A stretch of DNA of 32,000 nt from Pseudomonas aeruginosa (GTDB lineage: Bacteria; Pseudomonadota; Gammaproteobacteria; Pseudomonadales; Pseudomonadaceae). How positions within the stretch are numbered: position 1 is the first letter of the stretch; every line of letters begins with the position of its first letter. The stretch lies in NCBI RefSeq assembly GCF_001457615.1, contig NZ_LN831024.1, positions 6,120,001 through 6,152,000 of the forward strand, in the 5' to 3' direction. Below the pieces are notes generated by a model. The model worked only from the letters and a program-made list of their open reading frames with translations. It was not told where the DNA came from and ran no database searches. Positions 16,005-22,798 of the stretch are shown here, in pieces. A program made the translations under genes and the position numbers.

Positions 16005-16115
16005 TCAGGGCCGGGACTTCTCCGGCGGCCGCTGGCGGCGCCAGCAGGCGAACAGGTTCCAGGCCAGCAGCAGGCTGACGAAAGCGGAACTGACGTAGAA
16101 CAGCAGGTTGTCCAT
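16005..16115 (-). CDS. Candidate small membrane protein, 36 aa, downstream of gbcA
   Basis: MDNLLFYVSSAFVSLLLAWNLFACWRRQRPPEKSRP* has one hydrophobic helix and a basic tail. 33 of 36 sense codons end in G/C. GGAGG lies 7 nt before the ATG (16115-16113). The ORF starts 47 nt after the gbcA stop and is too short for the ORF track. Confidence 0.38.
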   Translation of the reverse strand: MDNLLFYVSSAFVSLLLAWNLFACWRRQRPPEKSRP

Positions 16116-16132
16116 GACCTTTCCTCCGCAGC

Positions 16133-16153
16133 GGCGCCCCGCCAGGGGGCGCC
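16133..16153 (-). other. GC-rich hairpin between gbcA and the 36-aa ORF
   Basis: GGCGCCCC (16133-16140) and GGGGCGCC (16146-16153) form an 8-bp stem with a 5-nt loop. No T-run follows, so this is not a canonical terminator. Confidence 0.5.
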
Positions 16154-16162
16154 TCGTCCGGC

Positions 16163-17452
16163 TCAGCTGCCGGCCACCTTGCGCACGTGGGCGGACTCCT
16201 CGCCGAGGTTGTTCAGCATGCGCTCGCTGTACCAGTCGAGGAAATTGATCACACCGAACTCGTAGGTCTTCGAGTATGGACCAGGCTGGTAGGCGTCGGA
16301 GTTGATCCCGCGCTGGTTCTCCTCGGCCAGCCGACGATCCTGGTCGTTGGTCGCGTCCCATACCTCGCGCAGGCGCGCCACGTCGTAGTCGACGCCTTCC
16401 ACCGCGTCCTTGTGCACCAGCCATTTGGTGGTGACCAGGGTTTCCTGGGCGCTGATCGGCCACACGGTGAAGACGATCAGGTGGTCGCCCATGCAGTGGT
16501 TCCAGGAGTGCGGCAGGTGCAGGATGCGCATCGAGCCGAGGTCGGGATTCTTGATCCGGCCCATGAGCTTCTTGCTGCCCTGCTTGCCGTCCATGGTCAT
16601 CGACACCGTGCCGTCCAGCAGCGGCATGCGCACGATGCGATTGCGCAGGCCGAAGCTGGCATGGGCGTACGGGATCTTCTCGGCGTCCCAGGCGCTGGTG
16701 CAGGCCGCCACCTGGTCCTTGAACGCCTGGCTGGCGCGCGGGTCGGTGACGTCGTCCCACTCCAGCAGGGTCTTCAGCAGTTCCGGGTGGGAGCCGTTGC
16801 AGTGGTAGCACTCGCGGTTGTTCTCGATCACCAGCTTCCAGTTGGCGGCTTCGCGGATGGTGGTCTGCACCGCCACCTTGGCGTTCTCCATGTCGTACGG
16901 CTCCATGTAGTGCTCGAGCGTCGCCAGGAAGTCGTCGATGGCCGGCGGGTTCTCCGCCAGGCTGATGAAGATGTAGCCGCCGGCGGTCTTCACCTGGATC
17001 GGCTTCAGGCCGTACTCCTTCATGTCGAAGTCGGCGCCCATCTCGGTGCCGGCGAACAGCAGGCGGCCATCCAGCTCGTAGGTCCACTGGTGGTAGGGGC
17101 AGACCAGCTTGGCCACCTTGCCTTTCTCGCTCACGCACAGGCGCGAGCCGCGGTGCCGGCAGACATTGTGGAAGGCATGCACCTGGCCTTCGGCGCCACG
17201 GATCACCAGGACCGGGTTCTTGCCGATCTGCAGGGTGAGGAAATTGCCCTTGGCGGGAATCTCGCAGGTCATGCCGGCGATCAGCCATTCCTTGTGGAAG
17301 ATCTCCTGCATGTCGATCTCGAACAGGCGCTGGTCGCAGTAGAAGGGCTGCGGCAGCGAGAAGCTGTGGTCGCGGCTGCGCAGCATGTCGGCGGTGGCCT
17401 TGCGGGCCGGTTCCAGGGGATCGCCGAGACTCAGGGTGGAAGTGACGTCCAT
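16163..17452 (-). CDS. gbcA: Glycine betaine monooxygenase (demethylase) oxygenase component, Rieske [2Fe-2S] non-heme iron oxygenase, 429 aa
   Basis: Rieske motif CRHRGSRLC...CPYHQWTY plus a mononuclear-iron region (NNRECYHCNGSHPEL). GAGGAG lies 6 nt before the ATG. The gene is divergent from the reductase gene. Confidence 0.92.
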   Translation of the reverse strand: MDVTSTLSLGDPLEPARKATADMLRSRDHSFSLPQPFYCDQRLFEIDMQEIFHKEWLIAGMTCEIPAKGNFLTLQIGKNPVLVIRGAEGQVHAFHNVCRHRGSRLCVSEKGKVAKLVCPYHQWTYELDGRLLFAGTEMGADFDMKEYGLKPIQVKTAGGYIFISLAENPPAIDDFLATLEHYMEPYDMENAKVAVQTTIREAANWKLVIENNRECYHCNGSHPELLKTLLEWDDVTDPRASQAFKDQVAACTSAWDAEKIPYAHASFGLRNRIVRMPLLDGTVSMTMDGKQGSKKLMGRIKNPDLGSMRILHLPHSWNHCMGDHLIVFTVWPISAQETLVTTKWLVHKDAVEGVDYDVARLREVWDATNDQDRRLAEENQRGINSDAYQPGPYSKTYEFGVINFLDWYSERMLNNLGEESAHVRKVAGS

Positions 17453-17876
17453 CGGTAACTCCTCATGCCGCCCCCGCGCGGGTGGCGGCGGAAAAAGTGG
17501 CTGATACGGTTGCTACGCAAGGTGGCGTTCACAGCCTTCCTCATCCCGGCGCGGCGTCCGGAATCCCGCCCTGCCGATGGACGGGCCCCGCCGTGGCGGG
17601 AATGAAGGTCAGTCGCTCTACACGTCCGGGCTCTACCCTCCCGGGGTTCATGCAAACCCTCGTCTCGGCTGGTCTGGAGTGTGGGCCCGCGCCCGCCGCC
17701 GACCTTATCCATGGGCGACATGACCGCATCCGTTTCCGACGCTCCGGGCCGCGCCCCAGCAGGCAGGTCGCGATAAGCATGTAAATGTCGCTGGCAGGTA
17801 AATGAGCGGCCACGGCGATGCGCACAATCCGCCCCATCAGGCCATCGTTCGGCCCCGTGCGCACGGAGAGATCATC
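17453..17876. promoter_or_regulatory. Divergent gbcA/gbcB control region (424 bp)
   Basis: A long non-coding gap separates divergent genes known to be induced by glycine betaine through GbdR. It contains an inverted repeat TCCCGCC (17564-17570) / GGCGGGA (17595-17601), and GTAAATG occurs twice (17781-17787, 17798-17804). No binding site can be assigned from sequence alone. Confidence 0.5.
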
Positions 17877-18977
17877 ATGTCGAGCAACTTCCTCAATCCG
17901 GTCACCACCCAGACCTGGGCCAACGGCCGGCACCTCGTGCGCTGCGTCAAGGTCATCCAGGAAACCTGGGACGTGCGCACCTTCTGCTTCATGGCCGACC
18001 AGCCGATCCTGTTCTTCTTCAAGCCGGGCCAGTTCGTCACCCTGGAGCTGGAGATCGACGGCGAGCCGGTGATGCGCTCCTACACCATCTCCAGCTCGCC
18101 CTCGGTGCCCTACAGCTTCTCCATCACCATCAAGCGGGTGCCGGGCGGGCGGGTTTCCAACTGGCTGCACGACAACCTCAAGGAAGGCCAGGAGCTACCG
18201 GTGCACGGTCCGGTCGGCCTGTTCAACGCCATCGACTTCCCGGCCGACAAGGTGCTGTTCCTCTCCGGCGGGGTCGGCATCACCCCGGTGATGTCCATGG
18301 CGCGCTGGTTCTTCGACACCAACGCCAACGTCGACATGGTCTTCGTCCACAGCGCCCGTTCGCCGAAGGACATCATCTACCACCGCGAGCTGGAGCACAT
18401 GGCCTCGCGGATCGACAACTTCAGCCTGCACATCATCTGCGAGCGCCACGGCCTCGGCGAAGCCTGGGCCGGCTACCGTGGCTACCTGAACCTGCGCATG
18501 CTGGAACTGATCGCCCCGGACTTCCTCGAGCGGGAAATCTTCTGCTGCGGCCCGACGCCCTATATGAGCGCGGTGAAGCACCTGCTGCAGGGCCACGGCT
18601 ACGACATGAGCCGCTACCACGAGGAAGCCTTCGGGCCGACTCCGCCGGAGGTCCGCGCCGACGTCAGGGAACTGGCCGCGGAAGCCGCCGAGGCGCCGGA
18701 GGTACCGGTCGCCGACCAGCACCAGGTGGAATTCACCGCCACCGGCAAGAGCATCCGCGTCAGCCCCGGGGAAACCGTGCACGCCGCCGCCGCCAAGCTC
18801 GGCCTGCACATTCCGAAGGCCTGCGGGATGGGCATATGCGGCACCTGCAAGGTAATGAAGACCGCCGGCGAGGTGGAGATGGAGCACAACGGCGGGATCA
18901 CCGACGAGGATGTCGCCGAAGGCTACATCCTCTCCTGCTGCAGCGTGCCCAAGGGCGACGTGGTCATCGACTACTGA
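17877..18977 (+). CDS. gbcB: Glycine betaine monooxygenase reductase component (FNR-like FAD/NAD-binding domains + C-terminal plant-type [2Fe-2S] ferredoxin), 366 aa
   Basis: ATG at 17877 follows GGAGAG. RSYTISS is the flavin-binding motif, GGVGITPVMSM the NAD motif, and CGMGICGTCKV...LSCC the 2Fe-2S ligands. The track ORF start at 17802 adds 25 unsupported residues. Confidence 0.9.
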   Translation: MSSNFLNPVTTQTWANGRHLVRCVKVIQETWDVRTFCFMADQPILFFFKPGQFVTLELEIDGEPVMRSYTISSSPSVPYSFSITIKRVPGGRVSNWLHDNLKEGQELPVHGPVGLFNAIDFPADKVLFLSGGVGITPVMSMARWFFDTNANVDMVFVHSARSPKDIIYHRELEHMASRIDNFSLHIICERHGLGEAWAGYRGYLNLRMLELIAPDFLEREIFCCGPTPYMSAVKHLLQGHGYDMSRYHEEAFGPTPPEVRADVRELAAEAAEAPEVPVADQHQVEFTATGKSIRVSPGETVHAAAAKLGLHIPKACGMGICGTCKVMKTAGEVEMEHNGGITDEDVAEGYILSCCSVPKGDVVIDY

Positions 18978-21412
18978 GGGCGCGAGGGAAACGCCAGGCG
19001 CTCCCAGTAGCGCCGCCGCGGCAGTTCCTCGGCCGGCAGCCAGCGTCCGGCGCAGGCCTGCAGCGGCTCGGCGGGAGCCTTCAGCAGCGAGTCCAGGGCC
19101 AGCACGTAGCGCCCCGTCCCCGCGCAGCGGAAACACAGGTCGTCGTCGAAGCTGTCGAAGCACGGGTACTCGCCGAGGTCGTCGCGGTAGCGACGCAACG
19201 TCCGCTCTTGCACGTCGAGCAGCAGCAGGCGCCACTGGTCCCGTTCCAGGTCGCTTTCCTCGTAGCGCTGGACGTGCCGGGTCAGCGCCAGGTAGCGACC
19301 GTCCGCCGACCAGATCATTGGCGCCGCCAGGTTGCCCAAGCCGATGCCCGACGCGGTCAGCAGGTAGCCGTCGCGGCTGAACCCGGCGCGCACGTCCTCG
19401 TCGCGGTGCATGCCCTCGTAGTGGAAACCGAAGCCCCAGGCGGCGTCTTCCGCGCCCACCGACGGCAAGACGAAGTCGCCGTCGCTCCAGGGCCGCGGCG
19501 CTGCGTCCAGCCAGCGCGACGTGGGGCACAGCCGCCAGGCCGTGCCATCGAACGCCACCCGCGCCTGCTCGTAGTAATGCCGCCAGTCGTCGTGGAAGCG
19601 GCCGAATGCGTGCCAGGCGCCGGGCTCGGGCAAGCCTTCGTCGAAGCGGCGCAACAGGCCGGGGTCGCCTTCGCCCGGCCCGCCCGGCGGCTGGTAGGCG
19701 TTGCGGCCGAGCAGGTGGAGCAAATGCACCTGGCCATCGATGAAACCTTGCAGGTGTAGATCGGCCAGCGGCTCGGCGAGCCACTCCAGGCGCCGCTCCC
19801 GGCTATCGAGTATGGCCAGGCGCTGCGGCAGGGTCGGCGCCTCGGCGAAGGCCACCACGGCCAGGTAGCGACCGCAATCGGACACGCGGTGGTCGAGCGT
19901 CCACTCGCCATCCAGGCGCCAGTCGCCCAGGCGCAAGGCATAGGCGCCGCGCTCCGCCTCCTGATCGTCGCGCAACCACTCCCAGACGGCCCGGCTGCCA
20001 TCGGCCAGCGGTGCGCTCTGCAACAGGCATCCCGGCCTGCCGGCCGCGCCATCCAGCGGCAGCAACAGGTCCAGGCGCGGCATGTCGGCCTCGCGCCAGC
20101 GCGGCCGGTCGTCCGCATCGCGAGCGTGCAGAAGGTAGAGGCTGGAATGGCTGTACGAACCCAGCGTGCCGTAGCGTTCGTAGGTCAGGCAGGGTTGCGC
20201 CAGGTCCAGGCCGAAACGCAGCCAGCCATCCTCCAGCCCGAGCAGTTCGGGCCCGCCGGCATGGGGCTCGGCGGGCAACGCCGACCACGGCGCGCCCAGC
20301 GCACGCAGGCCGCCGTCCTCTCGCCAAAGCCAGTAGGTATCCTGCCCCAGCGGCTCGCCTGCTGCCTGCAGCGCCAGCGCCCGGCCGTCATCGTTCCAAG
20401 CCAATGGCGGCGCTTCACGGGACAGGTAGAGGCCGCTGGCCTCGCCGTTTATCCACAGCTCGCCGCGGTTGGCGCGCAGCGGCGCGAAAGGATCGTCCAG
20501 GGCCAGCAGGCTGTCCGGCAGCCAGGGGCGGATTTCCAGCGCGGGCCCGCCAAGCGGGGACGGTAGCGGTTGCGCGCGCAGATCCCCGCTCCAGCGCTGC
20601 CATTCGCTTTCGGGCAGCCAGAGGTCACCGATGGCAACGAAGGCCTCGGCCTCGCTGCCGGCCTTGAGCGCCTGCAGCTCGAGGCGCTGCGGTGCGTTGG
20701 ACGTCAGCGGGCTGTGCCGGCCGATCACCTCGCGCTCGGTGACGCTGTCCAGCTCCCAGAAGTTGTCCACGGCACAGCGGTAAAGCAACCGCTCCTGCCG
20801 GTCGAAGATCGCCAGGCCCCACGCGCCTCGGCTCGGTATCGGCGAAACGAAGTGGCGGCCATCGCTGGAAAAGCGTGCCGAAGGATTGCAGTCGGGGATG
20901 AAGCAACCGTCGGGCATCAGGTAGTGGCATACCAGCGGGCCGCCCATGGCGATCTCGCCGCCGTCGAACAGGCGGATCGGCTCGCCCTCGGGGGTTCGCT
21001 CGGGCGCTTCGCCGCCCCATGCGCTACCTCCGGCCGGCAGGGGTGCGTCCAGCGCTTGCGGAGCCTGGCGCTCCAGGCGCAGGCCGCGCTCGAAGCGGAT
21101 CTGCAACAGCACGCCGCCGATCACCGCCAGCAAGCCACCGCCCAGTCCCAGCCAGAAGCCCGGCAGTGCCTGGCCCAGGGCGATGCCGCCACCCAGAACC
21201 CAGAAGAACAGCGCCTGTTGCAGGCGATACGGCACCTTGCCGCGCCAACGATCCGTGGCCCACTCGGCGCCCAGCAGCAGCACCCAACCCAGCGCTACCA
21301 GCGGCAACGGAAGGAGGACGCCAAGGGCCACCAGCACGGCGATCCAGGCGATCTCGCCGAGGCCTTCGAGCAACAAGCGGCCGAGCGGCTTGTCTGACAT
21401 CCGATCATCCAT
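18971..21412 (-). CDS. Large membrane-anchored hypothetical protein (about four N-terminal TM helices + ~690-aa Trp/Asp/Arg-rich domain with PD40/TolB-like DGR repeats)
   Basis: Continuous 823-codon ORF with high GC3. TM segments include IAWIAVLVALGVLLPLPLVALGWVLLLG and FFWVLGGGIALGQALPGFWLGLGGGLLAVIGGVLL. Recurrent motifs are SSDGRHFVSP, WNDDGRALAL, VSDCGRYLAVV and WSADGRYLALT. The start is uncertain: TTG 21442, ATG 21412 (chosen) or ATG 21400. Confidence 0.72.
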   Translation of the reverse strand: MDDRMSDKPLGRLLLEGLGEIAWIAVLVALGVLLPLPLVALGWVLLLGAEWATDRWRGKVPYRLQQALFFWVLGGGIALGQALPGFWLGLGGGLLAVIGGVLLQIRFERGLRLERQAPQALDAPLPAGGSAWGGEAPERTPEGEPIRLFDGGEIAMGGPLVCHYLMPDGCFIPDCNPSARFSSDGRHFVSPIPSRGAWGLAIFDRQERLLYRCAVDNFWELDSVTEREVIGRHSPLTSNAPQRLELQALKAGSEAEAFVAIGDLWLPESEWQRWSGDLRAQPLPSPLGGPALEIRPWLPDSLLALDDPFAPLRANRGELWINGEASGLYLSREAPPLAWNDDGRALALQAAGEPLGQDTYWLWREDGGLRALGAPWSALPAEPHAGGPELLGLEDGWLRFGLDLAQPCLTYERYGTLGSYSHSSLYLLHARDADDRPRWREADMPRLDLLLPLDGAAGRPGCLLQSAPLADGSRAVWEWLRDDQEAERGAYALRLGDWRLDGEWTLDHRVSDCGRYLAVVAFAEAPTLPQRLAILDSRERRLEWLAEPLADLHLQGFIDGQVHLLHLLGRNAYQPPGGPGEGDPGLLRRFDEGLPEPGAWHAFGRFHDDWRHYYEQARVAFDGTAWRLCPTSRWLDAAPRPWSDGDFVLPSVGAEDAAWGFGFHYEGMHRDEDVRAGFSRDGYLLTASGIGLGNLAAPMIWSADGRYLALTRHVQRYEESDLERDQWRLLLLDVQERTLRRYRDDLGEYPCFDSFDDDLCFRCAGTGRYVLALDSLLKAPAEPLQACAGRWLPAEELPRRRYWERLAFPSRPQ

Positions 21413-21522
21413 GATCCATCCCACTTTCCTGGCAAAAGCCAAGGGTAATCAAGGCTCCGACCAACCACCAGAGCCACGGCGAAGCTGACCTTCTCATACT
21501 GGAAAACACCAGGGCGCCAAGG

Positions 21523-21531
21523 TTGTCCACA
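21523..21531 (+). promoter_or_regulatory. DnaA-box-like 9-mer TTGTCCACA (1 mismatch)
   Basis: Direct read; followed by TTCGGAC, as for the box at 22592. Confidence 0.45.
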
Positions 21532-21596
21532 TTCGGACTGGAATTCCATACAGGTGTTCCTTCGCCGCCTGAATGTCCGCCATGTGTTCACTCAAG

Positions 21597-21640
21597 CATT
21601 TGAAATAAAAGATAAATTCTACAAATTCAAGTGCATTTCA
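21597..21640. other. AT-rich tract (possible DNA-unwinding element)
   Basis: CATTTGAAATAAAAGATAAATTCTACAAATTCAAGTGCATTTCA. 21601-21640 has 9 G/C in 40 nt. It is bracketed by direct repeats GCATTTGA (21596-21603) and GCATTTCA (21633-21640), with an internal AAATTC repeat. Confidence 0.4.
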
Positions 21641-21704
21641 GGGCCGGCTACTCAGCCCGTCCCTGCCTCCGGGAAGCCCTTTCCAGGCTAGGTTGATCAC
21701 AGAC

Positions 21705-21713
21705 TTATCCACA
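21705..21713 (+). promoter_or_regulatory. Perfect DnaA box TTATCCACA
   Basis: Direct read, 65 nt from the AT-rich tract. Confidence 0.6.
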
Positions 21714-21933
21714 AGTTGTGCAATCCATCGCCTCCTCTATGTCCTGCGGGTCCAGAAACAACATACCGACAATGCCTCCTCCGTGGCGCGAGGGCTCCGC
21801 AAGCCCATCCGGCTTTCCTTCCGGGTAAATCGCACTTCGCCGCACGCTCGGCCTGGCCGCACTCTCCTGCTCATTTAACGATCAATCCGCCAGAGACCCC
21901 GCCGTCCGGCCGCCCCAAGCGTGAGCGAACAAT

Positions 21934-21942
21934 TTTTCCACA
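21934..21942 (+). promoter_or_regulatory. DnaA-box-like 9-mer TTTTCCACA (1 mismatch; fits relaxed TTWTNCACA)
   Basis: Direct read; followed by GG. Confidence 0.45.
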
Positions 21943-21976
21943 GGGCTTTACACTCCCCTTGGGGAAAACCAGAAAA

Positions 21977-21985
21977 ATATTCACA
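21977..21985 (+). promoter_or_regulatory. DnaA-box-like 9-mer ATATTCACA (2 mismatches to TTATCCACA, 1 to TTATNCACA)
   Basis: Direct read; followed by GG. Confidence 0.35.
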
Positions 21986-22091
21986 GGATGAAGAAAAAAC
22001 CTGGCCTATTCTGGCTCTTCATCCCTTCCCGCCCGGCCTGACCATTTATTGACCAACTCCATGCAGGCCTTACCTTATAAGGCTTACAGAA

Positions 22092-22100
22092 CTATCCATA
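22092..22100 (+). promoter_or_regulatory. DnaA-box-like 9-mer CTATCCATA (2 mismatches)
   Basis: Direct read, 4 nt upstream of the next box. Confidence 0.3.
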
Positions 22101-22104
22101 CAGG

Positions 22105-22113
22105 TTGTCCACA
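22105..22113 (+). promoter_or_regulatory. DnaA-box-like 9-mer TTGTCCACA (1 mismatch)
   Basis: Direct read; identical to the box at 21523. Confidence 0.45.
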
Positions 22114-22423
22114 AGGCTTTCCAGGCCTTTTGTGAGCAACCCTGCGTTTGTGCACATGCCCCCTAAAGCAAGCCGGCAGCCTGTTGACAGAAAATCCGCT
22201 CAATTCTTGACCAATAGCCTGGAAGGCGCGGGCCCTCTGGCTCCCAGCATTCTATAAACAGGCTCTGCACACTGACCTCAACAGGAATTGGGGGAAATTC
22301 CCGGCGGCGGCCGCAACCGCTGTTCCAGCGCCATCGGAGCGGGAGAATTTTGTCTTTTTCCTCAAGCCGTTACGTCCGCGCAGGGGGTTTGCGGCATTTG
22401 CCCCCACTTCGCTCCTTGCTTTT

Positions 22424-22432
22424 CTATCCACA
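22424..22432 (+). promoter_or_regulatory. DnaA-box-like 9-mer CTATCCACA (1 mismatch)
   Basis: Direct read; followed by GG. Confidence 0.45.
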
Positions 22433-22591
22433 GGCCTGTCTGGGTCCCGCAGGGACAATGCCCGTCACCGTTTCGTCAGCGCTTTTCACCTGAACCTTCA
22501 TCGTCCTTTCACAAACGGCTGTTTTCGCTCAAAAACCGACCAACCTCCGAAGAGCCCGGCAGGGCGCCGCGCGGAAGCGACTGCGAACACG

Positions 22592-22600
22592 TTATTCACA
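22592..22600 (+). promoter_or_regulatory. DnaA-box-like 9-mer TTATTCACA (perfect to TTATNCACA)
   Basis: Direct read; followed by TTCGAC. Confidence 0.5.
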
Positions 22601-22617
22601 TTCGACTCCACAGTGTT

Positions 22618-22626
22618 TGTGGATTG
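22618..22626 (-). promoter_or_regulatory. DnaA-box-like 9-mer, reverse orientation (TGTGGATTG = CAATCCACA, 2 mismatches)
   Basis: Direct read. Confidence 0.3.
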
Positions 22627-22657
22627 GCCAGGTTCTCCTGGCATGGGAGTGGAACCG

Positions 22658-22666
22658 CGTGGATAA
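22658..22666 (-). promoter_or_regulatory. DnaA-box-like 9-mer, reverse orientation (CGTGGATAA = TTATCCACG, 1 mismatch)
   Basis: Direct read. Confidence 0.45.
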
Positions 22667-22749
22667 AGGCTTTCAACACCCCCGGCGGAGATAGGGAGGG
22701 TGTTGCCGGGGGCACTTTTGCATAGCTCCCGAACAGTTAGCCCACAGAG

Positions 22750-22758
22750 TTACCCACA
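22750..22758 (+). promoter_or_regulatory. DnaA-box-like 9-mer TTACCCACA (1 mismatch)
   Basis: Direct read; followed by GG. Confidence 0.45.
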
Positions 22759-22764
22759 GGATTT

Positions 22765-22798
22765 GGGGAAAGAGCGGCCGCCCCGCGCCATGGGGGCG
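22765..22798 (-). terminator. Candidate terminator downstream of ltaA
   Basis: On the minus strand, stem CGCCCC/GGGGCG (22779-22784 / 22793-22798) has an 8-nt loop and is followed by GCCGCTCTTTCC. The T-run is weak. Confidence 0.3.

Noticed and set aside
17559-17565. CCGGAAT shared between the gbcA/gbcB region and the reverse strand of the glyA1 upstream repeat (24752-24758), as a possible common GbdR/SouR half-site.
   Set aside because: A 7-mer shared between regions of 424 bp and 215 bp on both strands is expected by chance several times over. I cannot recall the published consensus well enough to support it.
17792-17807. Sigma-54-like element TGGCAGGTAAATGAGC upstream of gbcB.
   Set aside because: The GG and GC dinucleotides are spaced one nucleotide too far apart compared with the TGGCAC-N5-TTGC consensus, and the -12 element is poor.
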